Part shown: positions 1-12,846 of the stretch, in pieces
Position numbering within the stretch: the stretch's first letter is position 1
How the letters are laid out: each line of letters begins with the position of its first letter
Assembly: GCA_964187785.1 (NCBI GenBank)
Contig: OZ076409.1
Coordinates: 69,070,001 to 69,134,000, forward strand
DNA length: 64,000 nt
Source: Amphiscolops sp. MND2022
Taxonomy: Eukaryota
Reading direction: 5' to 3'
Made by a program: the position numbers and the translations under genes
The notes under the pieces: generated by a model
What the model saw: only the letters and a program-made list of their open reading frames with translations
Told to the model about the DNA's origin: nothing
The model's database searches: none

Positions 1-872
1 TGTTCGAGTTTTTCGTTTATTTCGGAGGCCGCTGATACTGTGTCAGGACCGGGTACCATTTCGCAAACAAATGCGTCATCTTCCGGCGGGGGAACATGAC
101 CGCTTAGGACTTGCATGGGTACTTTGATAATGAAACCATCATCTTTGGGGATCGTTAGTTTTTGTTCGACTAAGTCAGTCGAGCATTGATTTTCCATCAT
201 GAATTTTAAGCCAATCATGATCTCAGGGTAGAGATCTTCCACAACCACGAATTCATCGGAAGCGACGCACGTTCCGATTTTAACTTCTGCTTTTACGATA
301 CCTTTGGTAGGCATCTCGTTGGCTATTGGGCCTGTTAAACGACTGGGATTGGGGGCTATTGGGTTACCAATAGTCTTAGCCAATTCCAAACTCATCAAAC
401 TTCTACTCGCACCAGTGTCTATCATGGTCCAACAGCGTAGGCTTTCGACTTCATAGAGGATTAAAAGCGTGGCCCCTGGAATGTATTGACTATGGGTAAA
501 TTTTCTCGATTTTACCTCATCAGACCGGGCCTGAGTTGGAAATTCTGGTTCCTTCTTGGAAAAAATTTTCACAGAGCCAGGCTCTGCTTGTTTATCCTCA
601 AAAAGATTTTGGATGGAGGGACTATTTACAACAAGGGTATGGGATTCTTTTGGGAAAAAGCCTCCCGGGCAAAACTCCTCACACATTTGTTTCCAAGCTT
701 CGGGGTCGATCCGCCTACTGCGATTGCCCGGTCGCAATCGGCTATCGTTACTCCTAGATCTAGAACGAACACGCTGACTTGTTTGTGGAAAATGTGTAGC
801 AGCTGGGAAAGGAATGGAATCCCAAGCGCGAGTAGAGCCTGCTACTGCATACTCGGCTGTCGGTAGTTTAAA
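1..872 (-). CDS. pol: Gypsy element A: N-terminal part of pol (aspartic protease), continues off the left edge of the window
   Basis: Minus-strand frame, read by hand, is open from the slippery site at 872-866 to the window edge. It contains the retropepsin motifs CWTMIDTGASRSLM (~400-435) and IMIGLKF. Not in the ORF track because no stop lies in the window. Confidence 0.85.
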
Positions 873-1984
873 GAATTAGACTGCGGAAGACTTGGACATT
901 GTTTAGCGTAGTGACCTATCGCCTTACAATTAAAACATTCCGCTTCTTCGGGGGGAGGGTGCGAAACATTCAGCTGACCCGACGATCCTGCCCTATTTAG
1001 AGGCGCGCGATAGTTAGTATTGAAAGGGGTTTGAAAACGGGGAGCTTGCCAACTCTGAGGCTGCCCACCAACCGGCCTTTGCGAACTTCCTAACGCTCCT
1101 ACGATCGCAGATGACATGTCTTTCATACCCTGCATTAGGATTTCGTTTTGTCTGGTCATCATTTCGATTTGTTTCGAGGAACTTTGTTCTAAGTTTTTCG
1201 TTATTTGATCGGTTTGCTTGGATATCTGCTGGCAGATGAAATTTTCGAATCGATCAAAGCGACTTGCCACATTGGTTAAAGATGTTTGAAGGGCGGCAAA
1301 TTTTTCTTCGATTTGGTTGTTACTCGAATAGCCAGCTCTCACTAGATCGGGATCCTCATATTCGTCATACGAATAGCGCAATTTATCAAGTTTACGCTCT
1401 CTTTTTGATTCATGAGTCTTGTGGATTATTTCGAGTTCCTGTGGTTTCAAATTTTCAAGTAGTTCATCAAACCGTGGGGGATAAGAACCTGGTTCTTTTT
1501 CAATATATCTTTGGGGGACAGTTTCAAATTCTTCAATAGCCCACGATGTTAAACAAGTAGGCATTGCTGCAATTTTCTGACTATCATTCCACCCATTGGC
1601 TTTAGCAACTGCTTTGAAGTGTTTTACCCAATTTTCCCAGCGGTTGTAATCTTTGTTGGGGAACTTTTCAGGTTTTATTGGCGACTTTTCATATAAGGGT
1701 TTTTGTCTTTTCTTAGATTCATTTTCAAGAGCCAAGGAGTCGTCAGAATCTAGGTCTGCTTCAATTTTGAATCTTTTAATTTCTCTTTCCATTTCTTTCA
1801 ATCGCCGATAAGAATCTCTTTTACACTCCTTTTCCGTTTCGGCCAATCCTACGAAGGAAAATTTAGTGGACTTACTGAGGAGTGGTTTACTACCACCTGT
1901 GACGGGAGCGTGGGTGCCGTTGGGATCTTCTTGGGTGACGGGGGAAATCTGCTGATCGTTGTGGTCGTCTTCAGACATCGTCAA
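842..1984 (-). CDS. gag: Gypsy element A gag (capsid-like region plus CCHC zinc knuckle)
   Basis: 380-aa ORF with capsid-like WENWVKHFKAVAKANGW and knuckle CFNCKAIGHYAKQC. Lies downstream of an LTR/PBS and overlaps the start of pol. Confidence 0.85.
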   Translation of the reverse strand: MTMSEDDHNDQQISPVTQEDPNGTHAPVTGGSKPLLSKSTKFSFVGLAETEKECKRDSYRRLKEMEREIKRFKIEADLDSDDSLALENESKKRQKPLYEKSPIKPEKFPNKDYNRWENWVKHFKAVAKANGWNDSQKIAAMPTCLTSWAIEEFETVPQRYIEKEPGSYPPRFDELLENLKPQELEIIHKTHESKRERKLDKLRYSYDEYEDPDLVRAGYSSNNQIEEKFAALQTSLTNVASRFDRFENFICQQISKQTDQITKNLEQSSSKQIEMMTRQNEILMQGMKDMSSAIVGALGSSQRPVGGQPQSWQAPRFQTPFNTNYRAPLNRAGSSGQLNVSHPPPEEAECFNCKAIGHYAKQCPSLPQSNSLNYRQPSMQ

Positions 1985-2090
1985 GAAGGGTTCAGCAACT
2001 CACAAGGGGTGAAGGGAAGGTATGGGAAAGAAGTAAGCAAAGAAAGAGGAAATAACAAAGACGCAAAGAAAGCCCACCCAGGAGCGCCAA

Positions 2091-2852
2091 TGTAAGATTT
2101 TTAATTTTCCAGTAGCTTCAACTATTTGTTGAGAATAGCTCCACTACAACTCAATTAAACCCGTAGGTACCATGCACGAGACAAGGACTGGCTGAGTATC
2201 TACATAAATTTTTATTAACTCCGAAGAAGAGACGAATCAACTTAATCGAAGGCGGTGGGGGTAAGTGTGACAAGGAAATCACGATCTTTACCACTTTGCT
2301 ATTTTTCCCTCTTTCAGGGGTTTGTCTCGCTACTCTTGGACTGTTTGAAGTTATCTTTTCGCTGATGAAAAGAAGCAGGTTGAACTTTAATTACTATACA
2401 TCAAATAAATAAGTCGAGTAATAGACACAAATACAATTTCACATCCACGAATAATAGAATGAATAATACGATAACATCGATAATAGCGGAGAATTATACT
2501 GAGTATATTAGGAGGCATATTAGGAGGCATATAACACAAGAGAACAGTATACAAGAATTTCAGCAAGGTTAAGTTTTTTTGTATCCGTAAGGATGGGAGA
2601 GATATCGAAGATATCGGAAGAATCAACTCGCCGCAAAATCTCTATCGGTCTTGGAGTGAAAAAAACAACAATCCGTGTATTATCAGCCCACTTAGGCTCA
2701 ACCGTGTATTATCAGCCCACTTAGGCTCAACCGTGTATTATCAGCCCACTTACGCTAAACCGTGTATTATCAGCCCACTTAGGCTCAACCGTGTATTGTC
2801 AGCCCACTTAGGCTTAAACCGTTTATTGTCAGCCCACTCAGGCTCTTTTACA
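2091..2852 (-). mobile_element. 5' LTR of Gypsy element A (~762 bp) with PBS at 2081-2090
   Basis: TGTAAGA...TTTTACA termini. On the minus strand it is followed directly by TTGGCGCTCC (PBS-like) and then gag. Confidence 0.75.
2672..2845 (+). repeat. Minisatellite, ~6 x 29-bp unit CCGTGTATTATCAGCCCACTTAGGCTCAA, inside the LTR (second copy 5868..6041)
   Basis: Head-to-tail units with few substitutions and no spacers. Confidence 0.95.
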
Positions 2853-4631
2853 TGTAATACGATAGACCAGCAGTCCACCCTACTCCTGGGTCGAAATCCG
2901 TACTATCGAAAAGCGGGGTAGCAACAATTCAGGCAACTTCAGGTTGTTAGGCTGAAGGCACGGGCTAAACGGCCAGACGAAGTAAATCTGCAATTTCGAT
3001 AGTCCGGTGTCTGATGCGGGATGCTATCGGACGCAAAGCAGCAAACCGTTCTCTAGATTTCAACTCACTTTGTGTCTCGCTAAAATGGCGCACACTTCGG
3101 CGAAAGTTACTTTTTCGGCAGTTTAGTCATATCATTATTCATAGTTTATCATCTTTCCTTTTTCGGGTTCTGACTAAGTGTTGAGCAATACAGTTTTTTC
3201 CTACTTCGGTACTGAAAGTTCATTAGAAGTACATTTTCTCAGCACGACTTAGTCCTAGTTCCGCCTTCTTGTCAATCATGACTAGTAGTTTTACTTCGTT
3301 TTCAATACGATTTAGGGGGAGGTGTTACTGACTCAATTTTTCCGACTTTTGTTAGCACGACTTGAACTTCGGCTTACTGATTGACATTTGCACTTTTTGC
3401 CAGGTCTCTTTTTCTCACGCGGTTCCTGACAACTCTCTTCAGCTAAAAATGGCTGAAGGAAACAATTTCCGACAATTTACAATGCCCTAAAAGGCGATTT
3501 TAATTCATATCTAAAAAAGTCGATTTTCGTGTTACAACTTCTAAGGACAAAAACTAGATATTCCGATCACGGGGGGCTAAAACCGACTACATCATTCAAA
3601 AGTACATTCAAAGGGCTACAAAAACGTTACAAATCATTATCTTTCTATTTCAACTCCTTCACGGTGAAAACGCCTTTGAAATAAAGTAGTCAAAAATCAC
3701 ATATTGACATTTGCAAATTTCTCAACTTTGGAGGGCTCGTACTCATTCAATTTGAAAGGTACAGCGTGGGGGCTTATATACATCGCTAGCCCAAGCCATT
3801 AGAAGTATTTTCCATTTTAGATGAGGTCTCTATCTTTTCTCAACAAAGTTTGATAGTACTTTTTCTGAAAGTAGTCATTTTCCCGATTTTTATGTCTGGA
3901 CTTTCAACTTTGGAGGCCAATATCTCAAAACCAGGTCATTTTTCGGAAAAACGCTCCCTCTAAACGCTGTGCGCCTGGGTCTTGTGCGTCTACCCTGAAA
4001 GTTGCAGCTCGATATCGCCCAAAACGTGCGGGGGGGGAGTTAGCATTTTGGTAGGTCGACATCCCTATCGGCAGAAAGAAATCACAATTTTATATTCTTG
4101 GGGGTTCTTCGCTAGCGCGCCGCAGCACTCTATTTATTATTCTATTCACTCCTCCACTTCAATTCTCAAGTACGCTGTGAAGGGGGCGGCTATTGTGCGC
4201 TTACTCGTTGAGTACTAAGCGATAACATGCGAAAATCGGCTTTTTAGGCCATTTTAGGGCTGTTTTTAACGTTTGATGGCTCAGTTCTCCAAAACTACTG
4301 AGTATTAATTATTTTCCAATTAACACAAGTTAGGGCATTCATTTATCTTTAATTTAGGCCATATTTGAACATTTTCTGACAACTGTAGCGATCACACGAA
4401 ATTTTTAAAGGAAACTCAATTTTGGAAAATCGTCAAAATTTTATATGCACTTATTTTCAAAGCTTCCCCCCGATATGTTCCCGTGGTCGCACAACGCTCA
4501 TATTCTAAACTTAGTCTTTCCTTTGGACGGGCTGTTGAATGCTGAAAACAGTTTGTTCCTTTCTCTCATCTTTGAGAAATCTGGTTTTGATTTTTAATTT
4601 CTATTAAGAGGGGGATTAATTCAAAGTGTGG

Positions 4632-5180
4632 TTCCTGTGGTTTCAAAATTTCAAGTAGTTCATCAAACCGTGGGGGATAAGAACCTGGTTCTTTTTCAAT
4701 ATATCTTTGGGGGACAGTTTCAAATTCTTCAATAGCCCACGATGTTAAACAAGTAGGCATTGCTGCGATTTTCTGACTATCATTCCACCCATTGGCTTTA
4801 GCAACTGCTTTGAAGTGTTTTACCCAATTTTCCCAGCGGTTGTAATCTTTGTTGGGGAACTTTTCTGGTTTTATTGGCGACTTTTCATATAAGGGTTTTT
4901 GTCTTTTCTTAGATTCATTTTCAAGAGCCAAGGAGTCGTCAGAATCTAGGTCTGCTTCAATTTTGAATCTTTTAATTTCTCTTTCCATTTCTTTCAATCG
5001 CCGATAAGAATCTCTTTTACACTCCTTTTCCGTTTGGGCCAATCCTACGAAGGAAAATTTAGTGGACTTACTGAGGAGTGGTTTACTACCACCTGTGACG
5101 GGAGTGTGGGTGCCGTTGGGATCTTCTTGGGTGACGGGGGAAATCTGCTGATCGTTGTGGTCGTCTCCAGACATCGTCAA
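4632..5180 (-). pseudogene. gag: Truncated duplicate of element A gag
   Basis: Near-identical to the N-terminal ~183 aa of 842..1984, then diverges at the duplication junction (KPQE|PHFE). Confidence 0.85.
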
Positions 5181-5286
5181 GAAGGGTTCAGCAACTCACA
5201 AGGGGTGAAGGGAAGGTATGGGAAAGAAGTAAGCAAAGAAAGAGGAAATAACAAAGACGCAAAGAAAGCCCACCCAGGAGCGCCAA

Positions 5287-6048
5287 TGTAAGATTTTTAA
5301 TTTTCCAGTAGCTTCAACTATTTGTTGAGGATAGCTCCACTACAACTCAATTAAACCCGTAGGTACCATGCACGAGACAAGGACTGGCTGAGTATCTACA
5401 TAAATTTTTATTAACTCCGAAGAAGAGACGAATCAACTTAATCGAAGGCGGTGGGGGTAAGTGTGACAAGGAAATCACGATCTTTACCACTTTGCTATTT
5501 TTCCCTCTTTCAGGGGTTTGTCTCGCTACTCTTGGACTGTTTGAAGTTATCTTTTCGCTGATGAAAAGAAGCAGGTTGAACTTTAATTACTATACATCAA
5601 ATAAATAAGTCGAGTAATAGACACAAATACAATTTCACATCCACGAATAATAGAATGAATAATTCGATAACATCGATAATAGCGGAGAATTATACTGAGT
5701 ATATTAGGAGGCATATTAGGAGGCATATAACACAAGAGAACAGTATACAAGAATTTCAGCAAGGTTAAGTTTTTTTGTATCCGTAAGGATGGGGGAGATA
5801 TCGAAGATATCGGAAGAATCAACTCGCCGCAAAATCTCTATCGGTCTTGGAGTGAAAAAAACAACAATCCGTGTATTATCAGCCCACTTAGGCTCAACCG
5901 TGTATTATCAGCCCACTTAGGCTCAACCGTGTATTATCAGCCCACTTAGGCTAAACCGTGTACTATCAGCCCACTTAGGCTCAACCGTGTATTGTCAGCC
6001 CACTTAGGCTTAAACCGTTTATTGTCAGCCCACTCAGGCTCTTTTACA
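5287..6048 (-). mobile_element. Second copy of the element A LTR
   Basis: Near-identical to 2091..2852 at offset 3196, with the same PBS. Confidence 0.75.
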
Positions 6049-9000
6049 TGTAATACGATAGACCAGCAGTCCACCCTACTCCCGGGTCGAAATCCGTACT
6101 ATCGAAAAGCGGGGTAGCAACAATTCAGGCAACTTCAGGTTGTTAGGCTGAAGGCACGGGCTAAACGGCCAGACGAAGTAAATCTGCAATTTCGATAGTC
6201 CGGTGTCTGATGCGGGATGCTATCGGACGCAAAGCAGCAAACCGTTCTCTAGATTTCAACTCACTTTGTGTCTCGCTAAAATGGCGCACACTTCGGCGAA
6301 AGTTACTTTTTCGGCAGTTTAGTCATATCATTATTCATAGTTTATCATCTTTCCTTTTTCGGGTTCTGACTAAGTGTTGAGCAATACAGTTTTTTCCTAC
6401 TTCGGTACTGAAAGTTCATTAGAAGTACATTTTCTCAGCACAACTTAGTCCTAGTTCCGCCTTCTTGTCAATCATGACTAGTAGTTTTACTTCGTTTTCA
6501 ATATGATTTAGGGGGAGGTGTTACTGACTCAATTTTTCCGACTTTTGTAAGCACGACTTGAACTTCGGCTTACTGATTGACATTTGCACTTTTTGCCAGG
6601 TCTCTTTTTCTCACGCGGTTCCTGACAACTCTCTTCAGCTAAAAATGGCTGAAGGAAACAATTTCCGACAATTTACAATGCCCTAAAAGGCGATTTTAAT
6701 TCATATCTAAAAAAGTCGATTTTCGTGTTACAACTTCTAAGGACAAAAACTAGATATTCCGATCACGGGGGGCTAAAACCGACTACATAATTTAAAAGTA
6801 CATTTGAAGGGCTACAAAAACGTTACCTATCATTATCTTTCTATTTCAACTCCTTTACGGTGAAAACGCCTTTGAAATAAAGTAGTCAAAAATCACATAT
6901 TGACATTTGCAAATTTCTCAACTTTGGAGGGCTCGTACTCATTCAATTTGAAAGGTACAGCGTGGGGGCTTATATACATCGCTAGCCCAAGCCATTGGAA
7001 GTATTTTCCATTTTAGATGAGGTCTCTATCTTTTCTCAACAAAGTTTGATAGTACTTTTTCTGAAAGTAGTCATTTTCCCGATTTTTATGTCTGGACTTT
7101 CAACTTTGGTGGCCAATATCTCAAAACCAGGTCATTTTTCGGAAAAACGCTCCCTCTAAACGCTGTGCGCCTGGGTCTTGTGCGTCTACCCTGAAAGTTG
7201 CAGCTCGATATCGCCCAAAACGTGCGGGGGGGGAGTTAGCATTTTGGTAGGTCGACATCCCTATCGGCAGAAAGAAATCACAATTTTATATTCTTGGGGG
7301 TTCTTCGCTAGGGCGCCGCAGCACTCTATTTATTATTCTATTCACTCCTCCACTTCAATTCTCAAGTACGCTGTGAAGGGGGCGGCTATTGTGCGCATAC
7401 TCGTTGAATACTAAGCGATAACATGCGAAAAACGGCTTTTTAGGCCATTTTAGGGCTGTTTTTAACGTTTGATGGCTCAGTTCTCCAAAACTACTGAGTA
7501 TTAATTATGTTCCAATTAACACAAGTTAGGGCATTCATTTATCTTTAATTTAGGCCATATTTGAACATTTTCTGACAACTGTAGTGATCACACGAAATTT
7601 TTAAAGGAAACTCAATTTTGGAAAATCGTCAAAATTTTATATGCACTTATTTTCAAAGCTTCCCCCCGATATGTTCCCGTGGTCGCACAACGCTCATATT
7701 TTCAACTTAAGTTCTCCTTTGGATGGGCTTTCGAATGCTGAAAACCGTTTGTTGATATCTTTTTCCATCTTCGAGAAATCGCGTTTTGATTTTTAGTTTG
7801 CATAAAGAGAGGGGATAATTCCAAAGTGTGCGGCGGCCGTTTTCTTATTAGCTATGTGTACAGCCACTCACAGCGCGTTCCAAATTTCATTCCTTTCGCT
7901 TTTTGACACGCTTAGCTAAGTTGCATTCTATGCTGTTCACGCACACGGCGGAGTTTTCACTCTCGCTTACCCTCAAACACATGTATTAACATAGTAATTT
8001 GACTAAATTTCTATTCACAGTATTTTATGACCTCTAATGCTTTTTCTGTGGAAATTCGTTACTGAAAAGTTCTTAAATGTTTACTCAACACGTAGTCAGG
8101 TCAGAAAGGAACATTTTGATGGTTTAATTTTTCTTATATTCGCAATAGGTATTGAGAAATTCAATGTTAAAGTTTCGTTCCGAATAGAATTTTGTTACAT
8201 AGGTCTGAGTGGTGGCGGCCGTCTCACTGCATTAGTACGTTGCGCGGTCGCTTCATAGCAGCTAAGAATGGTTCTTTTAGTAGTCCGCGAGACTAAAGAC
8301 AATATTATTGACATTGAACAATAGTGTGAGGTACTTGAGGTACTTATTGTAATCTTTACTTTTATACGATATCACCCCGTAAAATCTACCTTGCTGATGA
8401 ACTAAACTTTAATAAACACCAAATCATGAGCGAAAAGTCAAAAATCCTACACACTATAATAGTTGCGTTTTATTTCATAAAGCGCCGACTAAAATGAACT
8501 TAAATGCAATATACAGACTTTGAATTCATCTTCTCTATTTAAAGACTCATCGCTCCTACAGCTCTACATACCAGTTTAATAATTCAAAGATGTCAATGAA
8601 ATGATGGAACCGAATTGCCGTAGGGATAAATTTATCTCACTAATTGGATTGTTGTAATGAAATCCCGGTTTAATCAAAGCGCACAATCCATGATAACACG
8701 CAATGTATACATTGATTTTTTTTCTGAATTTCCCGAAGTTCTTCAAATTGCAGCTGAAAATTTTTATTGTTGTATCGACTAGGAAGTGTTTGTCTTAAAA
8801 ATCATTCTAATTTGTTCTAATAATTTCTGCAAGTAGTGTTAAAAAAATTCCAACTTCTGCAGTGTTAAAATGAGCAAAATTTGGTTGTACAAGTATGAAT
8901 TTTCCCATGTTCCTTTGATACCAAAGACGGAACAAGAAGACGTTGCAAAATACTGCATTTGTGAAAAATCTGAAAAAATTCCCAAAAAATATTACCAAGG

Positions 9001-9666
9001 GCGACCCTTAGAACGCTAAAAAATCTATTCAGCTTAAATTGGAAAAGGGTCGAACAAAGCAGAAAAATATATAGTTGGGTTCCTTGCATTATTTTTGATG
9101 ACTTGGTTAATTGTGCACGGCTTGTCACCACGTTCGAATCACGAGTAATCCTCCATCATCCTGGCTATGAAGAGAACCCATGATTCAGCCATGAAGACAC
9201 ATGACGGAAAATGAAATAGAATGTTTCGTTAATAACGAAAATTTTCAGGAGAAAAAAAACACGATAAATTGTGTTTTCACCGAAACACAAGAGCGTTCGA
9301 ATGGATTGAATTATTTTGATGATACTTCTCCTGTGAACGAATAAAAACAGTTATAAACGTTTTGAAAAGTGATTGAAAATAACTTGTTAAATCATAGGGT
9401 TGGTTATATGTTATCAGAACAAGTTTCAATTGATCATACCGTTTTTTGTTCAACACGCTAATTTATTAGTCTGATAGAATACAATACTTCGAAGATTGAG
9501 ATATCAATGGATCCTAGGCAGATAAACTTGGCCTATATATGAATGAACTAATTAATTAACTATAGTTTTATAGTTCATAGTTTTTGAATGAACTAATTAA
9601 CTAAGTTTTATAAAACTAAATTTATAAATAAATTAATCCTTAATGCAACCAAGAAAGTATATCTTT

Positions 9667-9742
9667 TGTAAAGCATATAGACAGGTGTTATCGAACCATA
9701 CTATATAGTATGGTTCGATAACACCTGTCTGTATGCTTTACA
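9667..9742. repeat. 76-bp palindrome with no loop and one mismatch
   Basis: TGTAAAGCATATAGACAGGTGTTATCGAACCATACTAT|ATAGTATGGTTCGATAACACCTGTCTGTATGCTTTACA. The only mismatch is T9678/G9731. Confidence 0.95.
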
Positions 9743-10574
9743 TGGCATTGCTCCGTATTTGAACAAGTTCTAGCGTTTCCTGTACTTTCATCAAGTCTGT
9801 GGATGGGGTAATTAATGAGCAATAATGTTCATACAAGTTCGTTATTGTTTTCTGTTGCAAAGCGTATCACGGAAACGTTTCGCAGTTGAACAACCGGAAA
9901 CAGGTCGATAGCTTTAGGTTTAGTTAATTTGGACCTGGCCTAATTCCGGTCAGAGTTCATTTTCTGAATTCAACTCATACTTAGTGTATGTTCTACTTGT
10001 TATATTATGTCTTTTCTAAGAGAAAGTTTTCGGATTAAGTTTGCTATAAGTTCAAGTAAACATCAACTGATATACTTCCGGTTTTCGGCTCAATGACAAC
10101 ATATTTGATTTTTTCCGGCTCAATGAAGTTTAGGTATAGATGCCACATGTTCACTGGCACATTTGTAGTTTCAAGTGACCGCTCTGTTTGAAGAAAACTG
10201 AGTTGAAATCCACATCTGAAATCAACGAAACTTTCATGTAACCGTCAAGGTTGTGAAAACAGGCGCAATTAATTAGGCAGTATATCCTGTGCCGCTTCCT
10301 CATGTTCTTTTGAAAGTCAGGAACTGAAATTTGAGTGGGTTTTATTTGAATGAATGTTTTATTTGCTCATCAGCTTCTTCAATTACCTATCGATATCGCC
10401 CCCTTTTTTGAGATTATCAATGAGAGTTGGAATATTCGGTCAGTGGAAAGTTCAAATCAGGGAGCAAATTCTCAGAGCATTCGTGGTCCATCTAACTTCA
10501 TATTTGCATCACTTAATCCGAAAATCGTGCAGTTACTAGTTTTCATTCGACCGTAATTTCCCCAAAAATAGTTT

Positions 10575-11623
10575 CCCGGGTTGACCCTCTTACTAGCATC
10601 TTGGCTGTCTTGGCAAGATCTTGCCAAATTCTTAGTACATCTTGGCAGCCATGGATCCCATGGCAAGATTCTTATTAAGATCTTACTAAGATAATACTTA
10701 TTCCAAGATCGTATCTTATCACGATGGACAAAATTTTAAGATTATTAAAAAACACTATACCTTCGGTACAAGCAGCCGAGACTCAATCTAAAGGCTCATT
10801 TCACCCAACAACGACTATTTCTACTCGTTTTCATAATCAAAATGCTTAAACCTGCTGAAAAAATTTTGCATGCAAAAATGCGTGAAAAATTACGATAACG
10901 TAGTCTGGCTTCAGAAATTCTGACGAGAATCCTAATAATTCCTCACCTGTTTAAGACTGAAAAATGCCGAATGTACCAAATGAAAGGTAATTTCAAGGGC
11001 TTTTCAAAACTTATAATTTATCATTCCTGTCGATTCCAAAGACGGAGAAATATGCTCTCAAACGTCCAGATCCACTATCGGAAAGTTACAAAGGAAAGAC
11101 CTTAATATCCTGAAATTTTTCTAAAAATCATATTTCCAGCTTTCTTTGAGCCTGTTTAGCAGCCTTATTACTGCTAGAAACGGCGGTCATTGCTCTAACT
11201 TGGGTAATGATTCAGCTCAAGGCTTATCTGACGCCGTTGTTGGCGACAGTTTTGCAATTGAAAGAAAAATATCGATATTGAAATGGTTGTAAAAATCATT
11301 CAGTAATTTTGTTTTGAGTGATGTATAGATTATTTTTCCATAACTCCTAATTTAATGGTTTTCTGATTCTACTTTTTCTCGATATCGAGCAGTTCGTAGC
11401 AATTTTTTTCTTGCCATATTCGGCTTCTTAGTTAGATTTTTCTTGCTATATTGGGCTTCTTAGTAAGATTTTTCTTGGAAACATGGCTCTCTTGATAAGA
11501 TCTTACCATGGCATCTTGCAATTCTTGGCAATATCTTGTCACGATCTTAGCTAAGAATTTTCCAAGATCTTGGCAAGATCTTGCCAAGATCTTACTAAGA
11601 TATCCATGGAGGGTCGACCCGGG
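10575..11623. mobile_element. Non-autonomous TIR DNA transposon (CCC termini, 2-bp TSD; CMC/EnSpm-like)
   Basis: CCCGGGTTGACCCTC ... GAGGGTCGACCCGGG (14/15 inverted match), TT on both flanks, and many subterminal (C)AAGATCTT(G) palindromes at both ends. Confidence 0.75.
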
Positions 11624-11634
11624 TTCTCATAAAA

Positions 11635-12141
11635 ATGTCTCAGAGAGAAAAATACAGAAGTATATCTGTTGGCTACCACAACGACGCTTATTCAATAACA
11701 ACAAGTGTCAGTAAAGACGAAAGTGTACACGTCAGTCGAGTCGCGCCCCGAAGTTTTGCTGTTCGGATCATTATCCTCATCATCTGTTCGGCTTCCTTAT
11801 TCTTCGAGGGTCTCAATGCAAGCATTCACGCACCGTTTTTCCCGGAAAATGCCCGGGCCAAAGGAGCTTCCTATTGGGACATCGGGTTCATAACAGGAGT
11901 TGTGTTTGCTGCTTTGGCAGGAGGCTCTTTAATCGTTGGTGCACTCAATACCCCAGAGAGTACCAAATTTTTCTTTGTAATGGGCATGTTTTTATCAGGT
12001 GTTAACATGGTTCTGTTTGGGATACTTGGGTTCTCAAAAGGAGGTATGTTATATGTCTTCACCTGCTCTGTGTGTAGATTACTAATGGGCTTGGGCTGCG
12101 CCGCTGTTTATGCTTGTGCATTCCCAGTTATTGGAAATCAG
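11635..12141 (+). CDS. MFS transporter (SLC18B1-like), exon 1
   Basis: Hydrophobic TM helices with family-like motifs APFFP, IGFITG and RLLMGLG. The 3' boundary is inferred from spacing to exon 2 and implies a non-canonical donor. Confidence 0.85.
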
Positions 12142-12846
12142 GGATGATCATTATTACTTCTGAAAATTGGAGTCTCCCAAAAACTTTTTTAAAATATACA
12201 AGATACATACAATGTTTTAGAAGCTATTACTGTTATAATAAATATCCGGCTGGTGTGAATATGCTATCTGAAAACATCCGGAATTTATGCAAGAACCAGC
12301 TGATTCTCAGGAGTAACCTGTTAACAAGAGTGTTGATTCCCAATAAGAGGAAAGAACTAAAACTGTGAAAAATTTTAGACAGGAAGACTATTTTCGTGGT
12401 CATCTAGGAGTGACTGGGGTTTATCCTCACAGCAGAGTGGATGTTCTGCTCAATGCAGTAAAACTGATTCCAGTTGGCCAGAAAATGAAACAAATTACAA
12501 CTATTTCTACAAAACAACCACGTAGATTTAAAGTGTAAACCCACCGAGTGACCTGTTTTGTGAAAAAAGCGGAAGAGGCAAAGAATTGTCCGGTGTTTTG
12601 AAATCACTTTAAGTATTCACATATGCTAAGCTTCATGTGTCTGATCACTTGTTTCAAAACAAGCGCTGATTAGCATAATATGTCCACGAAGTTATCTAGT
12701 TCAATAATTTTTTATTTGGGGAGGAGAAAGTCACTGAGAGACCCGAAAATTGTGTCCTCAAAGAGGAGAAACAACAAAATGTTTTTTTTGGGAAAAAAGA
12801 TCCCTTGATTTCTTAACTGAAAGTTCACGCCCCTCAATCATCCCTG
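12139..12846. mobile_element. TIR element forming almost all of intron 1 (hAT-like CAGGG termini; introner-like)
   Basis: CAGGGATGAT (12139-12148) and ATCATCCCTG (12837-12846) form a perfect inverted repeat, followed by 8 nt and then the CAG acceptor. Confidence 0.6.

Larger units (their letters stand above)
1435..7830. repeat. Tandem duplication with 3196-bp period (5' part of gag, PBS, LTR and ~1.8 kb of flank)
   Basis: 1435..4630 matches 4631..~7830 almost base for base. ORF pairs 2387/5583, 3982/7178 and 1984/5180 all differ by 3196. Confidence 0.95.

Noticed and set aside
2672..2845. 29-bp repeats as a CRISPR array
   Set aside because: Units are directly head-to-tail with no unique spacers, there are no cas genes, and the context is a eukaryotic LTR.
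2853..3560. TGTAATAC immediately after the LTR as the start of a second LTR
   Set aside because: No PBS, PPT or independent second copy outside the tandem duplication.
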